Shown here: piece by piece, positions 27,909-37,851 of the stretch
Position numbering within the stretch: the stretch's first letter is position 1
Layout of the letters: the number at the start of each line of letters is the position of its first letter
Origin: Leptolyngbya sp. NIES-3755
GTDB taxonomy: Bacteria > Cyanobacteriota > Cyanobacteriia > Leptolyngbyales > Leptolyngbyaceae
Length of the DNA: 64,000 nucleotides
Assembly (NCBI GenBank): GCA_001548435.1
Contig: AP017308.1
Span: 503,030 to 567,029 of the forward strand
Direction of reading: 5' to 3'
Notes under the pieces: model-generated
What the model was told of the DNA's origin: nothing
The model's input: only the letters and a program-made list of their open reading frames with translations
Database searches by the model: none
Made by a program: the position numbers and the translations under genes

Positions 27909-29631
27909 GTTTTAATGTTCTCGCTGTCAAATCACACAGGACTAATCGAGAAGTTCGTGCAGGTTCTTCTGCATCCAAAACGGGGACACCTTGTTCTCGA
28001 TCGTAGAACACATTAAATTTCTGACTCAGTTGGAACAGGTAATCACAGAGCCGATTTGGGAATAAATCTTCCTCAACCTCAGAAAGAACGATCGTGAATT
28101 GAAGCAAGTGTTTTGCTAAGGTCAATTCTCGCTCATGTTCCAGCACCAGTTGAACATTAGACCCTAATTGATTGAAATCAATGCCACCTTTCCGACTAAT
28201 GCCCTGAATTCGAGCATAGGCATAAAGCATATAAGGTGCGGTATTTCCCTGAAGCGCCAGCATTTTGTCGTAGCTAAAAATATAATTGCTGGTACGATTT
28301 TGGCTCAAGTCCGCATACTTCACAGCACTAATTCCAACCGTGAAGGCAACATGATTGATAAACTCTTCGGATTCGTGACGTTCTTCGGCTGCCAATCGAG
28401 CTTCTAAGTCAGACTTCGATCGCTCAATTGCTTCATCTAACAAATCCCGTAGTCGAACCGTGTCACCCGATCGCGTTTTGAGCTTTTTCCCATCCTCGCC
28501 TTGCACCAATCCAAACGGCACGTGAGTCACTTCCACCGTATCAGGAATCCAACCTGCTCGACGTGCGACCTGGAAGACTTGAGCAAAGTGATTCGCTTGT
28601 CCTGCATCGGTGATGTAGATTAAGCGATCGTCATGTTCCTGTTGCACCCGATATCGAATTGCAGCTAGATCGGTTGTTGCATAGTTATAACCACCGTCGG
28701 ACTTTTGAATAATCAACGGCAAAGGATTTCCTTCTCGATTCGTAAAGCCTTCAAGAAACACACATTTCGCGCCTTGATCTTCTACTAATAAGCCTGCTTT
28801 CTCTAAATCTTCAACGACTTGCTGTAGCAACGGATTGTAAAAGGATTCTCCCCGCTCTGTGATGTGAATGTCTAGCAAATCATAGATAATTTGAAACTCC
28901 CGGCGAGATTGCTCACATAACAATCGCCAAGCTCGTAAAGTATCTTCTGCACCGGATTGCAATTGCACCACTTCTTGACGCGACTTTTCCTGAAACTCTG
29001 GATCTTCATCGAATCGCTGTTTCGCTTTCTTGTAAAACGCAACTAAATCACCCAGATCTAAAGCATCAGCGGTCGTCAGTGCTTCAGGTGCAACTTCTCT
29101 GAGATAGGTAATCAACATTCCAAACTGAGTTCCCCAATCGCCAACGTGATTGAGGCGTAACACATCATGCCCTTGGAATTCGAGAATGCGGCTGATTGAA
29201 TCTCCGATAATTGTCGATCGTAGATGTCCAACGTGCATTTCCTTAGCAATATTCGGACTGGAAAAATCCACAATCACTTTCTTTGGATCTTTGACCGTAG
29301 GAATTCCTAAGCGTGAATCGCCTGCCATTTCACTTAATTGCGCCTGAAGATAAGCAGGTTTGAGCGTCAGATTGATGAATCCAGGACCTGCGATCGAGGG
29401 CGTTTCACAAAGGTCATCAATCTGCAAATTTTCGGTAATCTCTTGTGCGATCGCTCTTGGCTGTTTGCCCAACCGTTTCGCCAGCGACATCGCCACATTT
29501 GCCTGATAATCCCCGAACTTCGGATTGCTCGTCGGAACCAACATCGGGTCAGTTCCCGCCATTTCAGCCCCAAACGCCGCCACCAAAGCGGCTTCTAAGC
29601 GATTCTTTAATTCAGCGACGGTTGCATTCAT
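27865..29631 (-). CDS. argS: Arginine--tRNA ligase
   Basis: 588 aa; class I HIGH (HVGHLRS) and KMSK-like motifs; anticodon-binding DALR domain. Confidence 0.92.
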   Translation of the reverse strand: MNATVAELKNRLEAALVAAFGAEMAGTDPMLVPTSNPKFGDYQANVAMSLAKRLGKQPRAIAQEITENLQIDDLCETPSIAGPGFINLTLKPAYLQAQLSEMAGDSRLGIPTVKDPKKVIVDFSSPNIAKEMHVGHLRSTIIGDSISRILEFQGHDVLRLNHVGDWGTQFGMLITYLREVAPEALTTADALDLGDLVAFYKKAKQRFDEDPEFQEKSRQEVVQLQSGAEDTLRAWRLLCEQSRREFQIIYDLLDIHITERGESFYNPLLQQVVEDLEKAGLLVEDQGAKCVFLEGFTNREGNPLPLIIQKSDGGYNYATTDLAAIRYRVQQEHDDRLIYITDAGQANHFAQVFQVARRAGWIPDTVEVTHVPFGLVQGEDGKKLKTRSGDTVRLRDLLDEAIERSKSDLEARLAAEERHESEEFINHVAFTVGISAVKYADLSQNRTSNYIFSYDKMLALQGNTAPYMLYAYARIQGISRKGGIDFNQLGSNVQLVLEHERELTLAKHLLQFTIVLSEVEEDLFPNRLCDYLFQLSQKFNVFYDREQGVPVLDAEEPARTSRLVLCDLTARTLKLGLSLLGIQVLERM

Positions 29632-29830
29632 GATTTCTCAGCCTTATAGCGCGTCCTTCTAGGATAGCGATCCAACCTATTTATGATTCAGTACTGTGTT
29701 CGTTTAGGCAAGAGATTATCGGCAAATTTCGATTCCTATCCCCGAAAAATTACGAAGGTGTTGATCCGAAAAATCGGGAATGCTATTGAAATATTTTCTA
29801 TCACACTCATGAATCGTTAGGGATGCTCTA

Positions 29831-30616
29831 ATGTCATTGACTCTCAAAATTGAAACTAACACCGTTCTCAAGCGTAAGCCGATTCAGTCTTCCGAACTCC
29901 CAGAGGATCAGAAGCAACCGATCGAGGCGGGCAGAGAATTTCAGATTGATTCATATACTATCGATCGAGGTCATGTCCGCTGCTTTTTGAGCAATGACAC
30001 GTTCAAGGGTACGAATGTTTGGTACGCTTTCGGCAAGCACGTGAAGATTTTCCGTGACACTCAAGTTTTTCCCCGCACCCTTCCCGCCTCAATTAAGCTG
30101 AATATTCCGTACAAGTCGCAGCGGGACAATGTTCTGAATCCTGATGGTGCTTGTAATGTCACCTCGATCGCGATGTGTTTGCGCTATCTCGGAGCGGCTC
30201 GTAAGGAAACGGCTGGACAGTTCGAGGATGAACTCTATAACTACACCATTCGTCGGGGCTATAGTCGCCACAATCCCTATGATCTGGCGAAGGTTGTTCA
30301 AGAGTATGGAATGCGCGATGAATTTAGAACAGATGCCACGATCGAGCAAGTTCGCTCTTGGTTAGCAGATGGTAATCCTGCTGTGATTCATGGCTACTTT
30401 ACTGATTTTGGTCACATTGTCGTGGCAGCGGGTTACGATCCGACGGGTTTTTTAGTGCATGATCCGTTTGGTGAATGGTACTGGTGGGGCTATGACCTGA
30501 ATGAGCCGAATGGCAACAATCGCAAAGGAGAGTACATTCACTATTCGTTCTCGATGATTGAACGGCTTTGTATTCCGGATAGTAACTTCTGGGTGCATTT
30601 CATCTCCAAGCCTTAG
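29831..30616 (+). CDS. C39-like papain-fold peptidase domain protein with N-terminal SH3-like region
   Basis: Cys/His pattern (GACNVTSIAMCL ... GH) similar to peptidase_C39-like domains. Confidence 0.45.
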   Translation: MSLTLKIETNTVLKRKPIQSSELPEDQKQPIEAGREFQIDSYTIDRGHVRCFLSNDTFKGTNVWYAFGKHVKIFRDTQVFPRTLPASIKLNIPYKSQRDNVLNPDGACNVTSIAMCLRYLGAARKETAGQFEDELYNYTIRRGYSRHNPYDLAKVVQEYGMRDEFRTDATIEQVRSWLADGNPAVIHGYFTDFGHIVVAAGYDPTGFLVHDPFGEWYWWGYDLNEPNGNNRKGEYIHYSFSMIERLCIPDSNFWVHFISKP

Positions 30617-30737
30617 AGTTTTGTGTTAGCGTTTCTGGTAGGAAGAAACGAAGGTGGTCTGTAGCGGTTTCGGTTCTGTATGCCGAACTGACACGCGATC
30701 GAGAGCGTGTATCACAGTGCCAGAGATTCAACCTACG

Positions 30738-30809
30738 GTTTGATTAGCTCAATTTGGTAGAGCAGTCGTCTGAAATCGATGTGTACAGGTTCGAGTCCTG
30801 TATCAAACA
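30738..30809 (+). tRNA. Aberrant tRNA-like gene (perfect acceptor, D and T arms; GAA in the anticodon loop, but the anticodon stem pairs poorly: 4 bp with an 8-nt loop). Possible pseudo-tRNA-Phe.
   Basis: Hand-folded: acceptor GTTTGAT/ATCAAAC, D-arm GCTC-AATTTGGTA-GAGC, T-arm ACAGG-TTCGAGT-CCTGT. The anticodon region GTCGTCTGAAATCGATG does not form the canonical 5-bp stem. Confidence 0.4.
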
Positions 30810-30811
30810 CC

Positions 30812-30884
30812 CGAAAGTTAGCTCAACTGGCAGAGCAATCGACTGAAAATCGATGTGTCGCAGGTTCAACTCCTGCACTTTCCA
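30812..30884 (+). tRNA. tRNA-Phe (GAA), CCA encoded
   Basis: Hand-folded: D-arm GCTC-AACTGGCA-GAGC, anticodon stem ATCGA/TCGAT with loop CTGAAAA, T-arm GCAGG-TTCAACT-CCTGC, acceptor CGAAAGT/ACTTTCC (1:72 C:C mismatch), then ACCA. Confidence 0.7.
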
Positions 30885-31217
30885 CCACCCTGCCCTGGGT
30901 TATCGGGCATCAGTTTAGGGAACTGACACTTTTGGTAATGGGAGAAATCCCTAGCGGTTCGAGTCCGTACTATTTCACTGCCCCGCAAGGTTCGTGTTCG
31001 GCTGAATTGGGTTCGCCTGATTCGGCAACAGTTGAAAGGCTTGCGCGATCGACATTCCCTTTTCGCTTGAGTATGTCTCTGTCGGGATTCCTGGCACAGC
31101 GTATTTGAGAGGCGACTCTCTTAATCCAGCGTTAAGGAAGCGATTGCCCGCTCTGGATCTGTGAACGCGAATGTTGCGGGGTTTTCAATTTTTGATGTAG
31201 TATATGTAGTATGACGA

Positions 31218-32768
31218 GTGGGTGAAGAGACGATGTTCAAAGCGTTCTACATCAAAGAGCGCGATCGCGGTGTTTTATACGATCGTGATGATTTCCAGCG
31301 AATTTTACAACCTGGAACGTATCGACGGTTGTGGGCAACTCGTTGGCGCGTGGTGAATTACGATCTCAATCAACCCGAAGCGAGAATTCCCGATCTAGAA
31401 TTCTTACTCCAAACTCATCGAGCCGAACTGGAATCGCATCTCGTTGTAGTACGCACTGCATTTAATGAAGTCGCGTTAGTCAAAGCGGGACAACAGTGGA
31501 TCAGTGTCGCTCCAAATCGATTGAAAGCATTTTGGCGTGGTTTTACAGAGATTGAAGTTCATCGCTTTAACCTAGATCAACAGCTTGAACTTCCGACAGA
31601 GCTAGTTCAACAAGTGCGAGGAATCGCGATCGACAATCTTCTAAAGTTCCAAGTTTCCGAAGCTGAAATCGGCTTGCTGTATGTGCAAGATAACTTTGTG
31701 CGTCCATTGGAAGCGGGAGAATATGCGTTCTGGACATTCAATCGCAAAGTTCAAGTCCGATCGCTGAGTAAAATTGTTCCAAATCCTCAGTTTCCCTTAG
31801 TCGATGTTTTGATTGATCAGCATCCCGACTTTGTTGCAACTTACTGTGAACTGGTGCAATTAACGAGCAATCAAACTGCGATCGTGCGTTATCAATCGAA
31901 AGCGATCGAACTGGTTCCCCCTTCGAGCCGCAAACTGTTTTGGAAAGGTGTGGAAATTGAAATCATCGATATTGAAGCTGAGTCAAAACTCCCTGTGCGA
32001 CTGGTTAAAGAACTGGTCACAGGCTCGATCGAGGTCGCGATGCTCAGTCACGAGTCATTACACACCTTAGAAGTTCCAGCACAGCACATTGGATTGCTCT
32101 ACTTAGATAGTGTGCTTCAAGAACCATTAGCAGCAGGAACTCATACTTGGTGGAAATTTGGTCGATCGATTAAAACCGAATCGCTTGATCTCCGTCTGCA
32201 AACGCTCGAAGTTTCTGGACAAGAAATTCTCAGTAAAGATAAAGTTCCGCTGCGTCTGAATCTCACAGCAGGCTATCGAATTGCTGATCCGATTCGTGCA
32301 AAGACAACGCTGATCGATATTTCGGGCTTTTTGTACAAAGAGCTTCAATTCGGCTTACGGTCTGCGGTCGGAACGCGATCGCTCGATCAACTGCTCGAAG
32401 ATAAAACTGCGATCGACACCACAATTTCAGACTACATTCGCGCCAAAGTAGTCGATTACGGGATCGAAGTAGAATCCGTGGGAGTCAAAGACATCATCTT
32501 ACCAGGAGAAATCAAAGCAATCCTTGGAAAAGTGGTCGAAGCTGAGAAAGCGGCTCAGGCGAATGTGGTACGTCGTCGTGAAGAAACGGCTGCAACTCGC
32601 AGTATGTTAAACACAGCGAAAGTGATGGAAGATAACCCGGTTGCTCTGCGTTTGAAAGAACTTGAAGTGTTAGAACGCATTGCTGAGAAGATTGAAAACA
32701 TCAATGTGAATGGAGGTTTAGAAAGTATTCTCACTGAACTGATCAAAATCAAAGGACAACCAAGCTGA
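31218..32768 (+). CDS. SPFH/band-7 (stomatin/prohibitin-like) domain protein with four N-terminal tandem repeat modules
   Basis: C-terminal SPFH core (KDKVPLRLNLTAGYRIADPIRA...KDIILPGEIKAILGKVVEAEKAAQANVVRRREE). N-terminal segments recur about four times (AFWRGFTEIEVHRF / AFWTFNRKVQVRSL / LFWKGVEIEIIDIE / TWWKFGRSIKTESL). Confidence 0.7.
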   Translation: MGEETMFKAFYIKERDRGVLYDRDDFQRILQPGTYRRLWATRWRVVNYDLNQPEARIPDLEFLLQTHRAELESHLVVVRTAFNEVALVKAGQQWISVAPNRLKAFWRGFTEIEVHRFNLDQQLELPTELVQQVRGIAIDNLLKFQVSEAEIGLLYVQDNFVRPLEAGEYAFWTFNRKVQVRSLSKIVPNPQFPLVDVLIDQHPDFVATYCELVQLTSNQTAIVRYQSKAIELVPPSSRKLFWKGVEIEIIDIEAESKLPVRLVKELVTGSIEVAMLSHESLHTLEVPAQHIGLLYLDSVLQEPLAAGTHTWWKFGRSIKTESLDLRLQTLEVSGQEILSKDKVPLRLNLTAGYRIADPIRAKTTLIDISGFLYKELQFGLRSAVGTRSLDQLLEDKTAIDTTISDYIRAKVVDYGIEVESVGVKDIILPGEIKAILGKVVEAEKAAQANVVRRREETAATRSMLNTAKVMEDNPVALRLKELEVLERIAEKIENINVNGGLESILTELIKIKGQPS

Positions 32769-33004
32769 TTGCTGTATTTATTGGAGAAAAGCTCGCACCA
32801 TTATGTCTGTTTGATGGGTTTTTTCACTCCGATTCATTCCGGGGCGGTTGAGCAACGAAGCGAAGGGACTTTCAGAAGCTTTGTCAGTCAATCAGCTAAT
32901 CCAACCTAGACAAATGGCTAGGTCAAGTTCTACCCGAATCTCCGATGCTGCTTAGATAAGGATTACGGCATTCTGGAAACAGGAAATCGTTTACCCCTAA
33001 CTCT

Positions 33005-33958
33005 ATGACAGATCCAACTTTAGCCTTTGCAGCGTTGGCGTTCTCAAATCAGCTATCGGATGCAGTAGAAAAAGCATCTCGCTCGATCGTTGCCGTCAAT
33101 GCCCGAAGAAGACGCACCTCTAGTGGAATTCACTGGCGCAAAAACCTGATTATTACAGCGGATCACACGATCCAGCAAGACGAAGAAATTAACGTGATCT
33201 TGCCCGATGGTCGATCGACATCCGCCTCGATCGCTGGACGAGATTCGACAATGGATCTCGCTGTTCTCCGCCTCGAAACGGACGACCTTTCTACAGCAGA
33301 AATTGCCGATTCAACTCAAGCGAAAGTCGGTCAAATTGTACTAGCAGTTTCCAGAAGTGCAGAAGGTTCGACCAGTGCCAGTATGGGCATTATCAGTTCG
33401 ATTAGCGAAGGGTGGCAGCGTTCCGAACACCATCATCGACATGGGAGACGATCGAGAGCCGCGATCGCACAATTAATTCAACCTGCACTGATGATGTATC
33501 CAGGCTTTTCTGGAGGTGCATTGATCAATCCTGAAGGGCAAGTACTGGGAATTAATACAGCGGGTGCGCGTCATTCTCCGTTAACGATTCCAGCAGCATT
33601 GGTTGATCGAGTGTTAGATCAATTGCTGCAAACTGGACGAATTGCGCGGGGTTATCTTGGTTTAGGAATGCAGGCGATTCGATTACCGGAAGCACTTTAT
33701 CGATCGCTCAATCTTTCAAATCCGGGTGGCGTAATTGTTGTGAGTGTCGAACCGGGTGCGCCTGCGGACAATGCGGGAATGTTGCTTGGGGACATTTTGG
33801 TTGCATTGAATGAAACGACGATCGAAGATGTCACCGATGTTCACGCGATGCTGAGTTCTGAACAAGTCGGGCAGCCATTGACCGCAAAAATTGTTCGGGG
33901 TGGGGTGCTGACGGAAAAAACCATCGTTGTTGGAGAAAGACCAGGGAGGAATGGTTGA
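33005..33958 (+). CDS. HtrA/DegP-like trypsin-fold serine protease with C-terminal PDZ, no signal peptide
   Basis: Catalytic H (TADHTI), D (DLAVLRL), S (GFSGGALI); PDZ (GYLGLGMQAI...). A His/Arg-rich insertion (EHHHRHGRRSR) sits before the Ser motif. Confidence 0.8.
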   Translation: MTDPTLAFAALAFSNQLSDAVEKASRSIVAVNARRRRTSSGIHWRKNLIITADHTIQQDEEINVILPDGRSTSASIAGRDSTMDLAVLRLETDDLSTAEIADSTQAKVGQIVLAVSRSAEGSTSASMGIISSISEGWQRSEHHHRHGRRSRAAIAQLIQPALMMYPGFSGGALINPEGQVLGINTAGARHSPLTIPAALVDRVLDQLLQTGRIARGYLGLGMQAIRLPEALYRSLNLSNPGGVIVVSVEPGAPADNAGMLLGDILVALNETTIEDVTDVHAMLSSEQVGQPLTAKIVRGGVLTEKTIVVGERPGRNG

Positions 33959-34800
33959 TGTTGCTTACAGAAAGCTTTGCGGAAATTGTAGAGCCGTTAC
34001 GTCGATCGACGGTGCAAGTTCGAGTGGGCAGACGCGGATTTGGATCAGGCGTGATTTGGCGATCGAATGGTTTGATCATCACAAATGATCATGTTGTACA
34101 GGGACAAGATGCAACTGTAGAACTCTCAGACGGTCGAACTTTCTCAGCCAAGATTCAAGGTCGAAACTCACAGCGTGATTTAGCTGCACTCCAAATTAAT
34201 GCAACTGATTTACCTGCTATTAATGTTGGAGATTCGGAGCAGCTACGAGTCGGAGAATTAGTGTTTGCTGTGGGAAATCCGGGCGGAAGAGTTGGGGCAG
34301 TCACAGCAGGAATTATTCATACGATCGAGTCAAAGAATGCTTGGATTCAAGCGGATATTCGATTGGCTCCGGGTAATTCTGGTGGTCTGTTAGCAAACGC
34401 GAAAGGCGAAGTGATTGGCATCAATACCATGATCATGAATGGTAAAGGGCTTGCTATTCCGAGTAAAACTGTCGAACAATTTCTCAAGAACATGGGCAAC
34501 AATCCTTATTTGGGTGTTGAACTTCAGTTTGTTCGGGCGATTATTGCTCGTCGTCCTGCGTATGGATTGTTGATTACTGCGATCGAGCCGAATAGTCCAA
34601 TCGAAACCGCAGGATTGCTGCCCGGAGATATTCTGATTGGAGTTCGTGGCACAGTGTTCCAATCGCAGAATGAACTTTTCTGGATTCTGCAAAACTCGAA
34701 TGTGGGCGATAGTTTACAGATTGAGTTCCTTCGAGGTGGGCAACATTTGAGCCGAAACGTTATCCTAGAAAGCCGCCACACTGAGCCACAAGCCGCATGA
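33955..34800 (+). CDS. HtrA/DegP-like serine protease with PDZ, no signal peptide (ATGA overlap with upstream paralogue)
   Basis: Catalytic H (TNDHVV), D (DLAALQI), GNSGG; PDZ domain. Confidence 0.8.
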   Translation: MMLLTESFAEIVEPLRRSTVQVRVGRRGFGSGVIWRSNGLIITNDHVVQGQDATVELSDGRTFSAKIQGRNSQRDLAALQINATDLPAINVGDSEQLRVGELVFAVGNPGGRVGAVTAGIIHTIESKNAWIQADIRLAPGNSGGLLANAKGEVIGINTMIMNGKGLAIPSKTVEQFLKNMGNNPYLGVELQFVRAIIARRPAYGLLITAIEPNSPIETAGLLPGDILIGVRGTVFQSQNELFWILQNSNVGDSLQIEFLRGGQHLSRNVILESRHTEPQAA

Positions 34801-35402
34801 TCCGCGTGTTCATTATTGCTCAATCGAGCGTGACTCAAGCAGGACTTACAGCGCTTCTAACTCCTGATTTAGACATCGCTGGTAGTGCAATTCGTCCTGC
34901 TTCGATTTCTTCTGCAATTAAGGCTTCGGAAGCAACTGTAATTTTGGGTGAACAGGACGCGATCGCTTCGCTGCACCCAGTGTTCGCAGAAGTTTCCGAG
35001 GTTGAAATCCCGATCGTAGTGTTGCTCGATGATAGTTCTGCGATTTCAGAATTGTTGCAATCGGGCATTCGTTCCATTTTGCTGAATGATGTATCCCGCG
35101 AACAACTGATCGAAGCAATTAAAGCTACTTCAGCAGGTTTAACGGTAATACATCCTGATTTGATAGAATCGATGTTGATTCCAACGGTACGATCGACTGA
35201 ACCTGCCCCATTAACGCCGCGTGAGATTGAAGTATTGACCATGCTAGCGGAAGGATTGGGGAATAAAGCGATCGCACAACATCTCAATTTGTCGGAACAT
35301 ACAGTGAAGTTTCACATTAGTTCGATTTTTAGCAAGTTGGATGTTTCGAGTCGAACTGAAGCTGTGATTTTAGGTGCAAAACAGGGATGGATTTTGCTCT
35401 AA
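34797..35402 (+). CDS. LuxR/NarL-family transcriptional regulator with atypical (non-phosphorylatable-looking) receiver domain
   Basis: C-terminal LuxR HTH (LTPREIEVLTMLAEGLGNKAIAQHLNLSEHTVKFHISSIFSKL). The N-terminal REC-like fold lacks the acidic DD pocket (QSS) and the conserved Lys. ATGA overlap with the upstream protease gene. Confidence 0.75.
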   Translation: MIRVFIIAQSSVTQAGLTALLTPDLDIAGSAIRPASISSAIKASEATVILGEQDAIASLHPVFAEVSEVEIPIVVLLDDSSAISELLQSGIRSILLNDVSREQLIEAIKATSAGLTVIHPDLIESMLIPTVRSTEPAPLTPREIEVLTMLAEGLGNKAIAQHLNLSEHTVKFHISSIFSKLDVSSRTEAVILGAKQGWILL

Positions 35403-37762
35403 GCTTCTTGCACGAGCCGTAAGGTCTGAGGTTCTGTCTGCACAAAGCGCTTCCGAAGTTTGTGAATCGCTTCGATCGCATGTTGATGTTTCGCTTGATC
35501 GCCTTGTACGGAAAAGAGCCAAGCCGCTTCTTTCAAATCTCGAATTGCACCTGTCTTATCATTCATGGTGCTACGAACTAAACCGCGATGAAAGTAAGCT
35601 ACTGCATTCTGAGCGTCGATCGTTAACATTGCCGTGAAGTCATCGATCGCGCCTAATTTATTCTCAAATCTCATTCGCGCCAGTCCTCGTTGCACATAAG
35701 CATTCAAACAAGTGGGATCAACTTGAATTGCATAGCTAAAATCCTCGATCGCATTCACTTTCTCGCCAATTTGTAACCAAATCACACCGCGATTGCAATA
35801 CAGCGTTGGATTTCGACTATCCGCGAGAATGGCACGATTGAGATCTGCGATCGCGCCCGCATGATCTCCAAGTTCAAACTTGACTAATGCTCGATTGTTA
35901 TAAGCAATGCTGTGCTTCTCATCAAGTTCGATCACATTGGAATAGTCCTCGATCGCGCCTTGTCGATCACCAAGTTCATATCGAGTGGTGGCACGATTCA
36001 GATATGCGATCGCACTTTTCTCTAACACCGGATGATCAAAGCGATCGATCAAACCTTGAATCACAGTTAAATTCTGAGTCCGAAGCCCGATCGCCATTTC
36101 AGGAAATGCAGTACTCGCAGTAGCAACCGGATGCAGTCCGAGAATACTATAGCTAGAATCGCAAACCAGGAAATTTTCGCTAGTTCCTAACACTTTGAAG
36201 CGGAATTGATTGGGATAGTTGCGCTTTAGTTGAGTTAACTGTCCGAGGATCTTTCTGAGGAAGTTCTTTGAAATCGAAGGCGTTTCTCGATCGTGAATAT
36301 ATCGCGCCTGTTGTCCAGCTTGCTCGTCTCCCAAATGTCCCCAACCGATATCGAGCGAACCTCCTCGATCGAGAAATTCCTGAAAACTCTGGATCAATTC
36401 ATCATCGAGCGTAGCGCGATCGGGATACGGGAAAACGACAATTACTCTCGATCGGGCTGATTCCAGTGCTTCTTTCAATACAGTCCGCGTGTTCTCAAAC
36501 GGATTATCATTTTGCGACAGATTGAACAACAATTCATACTCTGATTTAGTAGAAGAAGTCACTAATTCGGCAAGCTGATTTTCCGTCACCTCCAAACGCG
36601 AGGTCAAATACTTAATCTGAGTTTGGAGAGCACTAGCATCGAGCATTTCAGGCAAGCGACCCATCCATTCGGTTAAATGCTTCTGTTGTCGATCGAGATT
36701 CTGAGCGTATTGCTGCACACTATCAAACTGTTCTTGCAAATGGCTTAAATGTCCATTGATCATGGTTTGCATTTCAGTGTGCAACTCAGCTAAATTTGCT
36801 CCACTTGAGAAAGTATCGAGCCGATCTTCAAGCTGTTTCACGGTTGCTTGTAGCTGTTCAACATCAACCATCGGAGTAGCGGGATGTCCAGTCGCTACCC
36901 AAGTCGATAAAGTATCCATCTGCTTTCGCATGATTGTGTTGACCGATTTCAAAGGAGCAACGGTTTGTTCTAAGTTCTGATGCTGTTGTCGGATTCTCTC
37001 AATTTCAGCCATCAGTTTCGCCATATCGCGTCGAGAAACCAAGTCGCCAACAACCTTCACCAATCCATCTACTTCTTGCTTGAGTGCAGTCGCATCAAAG
37101 GGCTGAGGTAAACTATTCAACCGACGATGAATCTGATGAATTTCATCCTGCATCACACGCGGAATCACTTGTTTCTGACTCGTTGCAACTTCTGTGAGTC
37201 TGGTTTGTAGCTGTGTCACTTCAGACCGCAGTTCTGCGATCGCATTTTCCGCTCCTTCGACTCGATTGTTCGTTGCCAATCGTCCCAAGTACTGTGAAAC
37301 GGTCGCCATTGATTCCGATAGCTGCGAGTATCTAGTTTTGAGATACGCCAATTCTTTTTCAAGTTGGTCATAATCCCGACTCTCGATCGCACCAATCCGA
37401 TGAGAAATATTCTGTTGTAATTGTGCGATCGAGTTATCGTGCCGCTGTTGAATCGTTTTGCGAACACTGGCAAGATCCACAAAGCTAGGAAGAGTACGAA
37501 CCTGTTGATCGAGCACTTTAATCTCGTCAGATAAGCGCTGGTCGAGATGTGTAATGCTAGTATTTGCCGCTTTCAAGGTCTCTTTATCGAGACGGCGACG
37601 GTTCATCACATTCAGTAACAATAAGCACGAGACAGGGGCAGCCGTAAATGCTAATTGTTGGGAGGCGATCGACGCGATCGAACCGAAACCTGAGCCAATG
37701 AGTACCAAGTATTCAAACAGGCTGAGCCATTTTGCATTCTTCATATTGCCCCTGAATCCCAC
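35399..37762 (-). CDS. Membrane-anchored coiled-coil protein with central uncharacterised globular region and C-terminal TPR array (about 8 repeats)
   Basis: N-terminal TM helices, long heptad-rich region, C-terminal TPRs (AYNNRALVKFELGDHAGAIADLNRAI...). Confidence 0.6.
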   Translation of the reverse strand: MGFRGNMKNAKWLSLFEYLVLIGSGFGSIASIASQQLAFTAAPVSCLLLLNVMNRRRLDKETLKAANTSITHLDQRLSDEIKVLDQQVRTLPSFVDLASVRKTIQQRHDNSIAQLQQNISHRIGAIESRDYDQLEKELAYLKTRYSQLSESMATVSQYLGRLATNNRVEGAENAIAELRSEVTQLQTRLTEVATSQKQVIPRVMQDEIHQIHRRLNSLPQPFDATALKQEVDGLVKVVGDLVSRRDMAKLMAEIERIRQQHQNLEQTVAPLKSVNTIMRKQMDTLSTWVATGHPATPMVDVEQLQATVKQLEDRLDTFSSGANLAELHTEMQTMINGHLSHLQEQFDSVQQYAQNLDRQQKHLTEWMGRLPEMLDASALQTQIKYLTSRLEVTENQLAELVTSSTKSEYELLFNLSQNDNPFENTRTVLKEALESARSRVIVVFPYPDRATLDDELIQSFQEFLDRGGSLDIGWGHLGDEQAGQQARYIHDRETPSISKNFLRKILGQLTQLKRNYPNQFRFKVLGTSENFLVCDSSYSILGLHPVATASTAFPEMAIGLRTQNLTVIQGLIDRFDHPVLEKSAIAYLNRATTRYELGDRQGAIEDYSNVIELDEKHSIAYNNRALVKFELGDHAGAIADLNRAILADSRNPTLYCNRGVIWLQIGEKVNAIEDFSYAIQVDPTCLNAYVQRGLARMRFENKLGAIDDFTAMLTIDAQNAVAYFHRGLVRSTMNDKTGAIRDLKEAAWLFSVQGDQAKHQHAIEAIHKLRKRFVQTEPQTLRLVQEA

Positions 37763-37851
37763 AAGTCACTGAGTAATTAAAAGCACACAAGTGCTATTTG
37801 TTTCTACAGGTGTAGTAGCACCCAATCAGGAAATCGATCGAGAAATTTTCT

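Noticed and set aside
30779-31108. 109-codon plus-strand ORF
   Set aside because: It spans the two tRNA genes and the tRNA-remnant region. The sequence is structured RNA or remnant, not coding.
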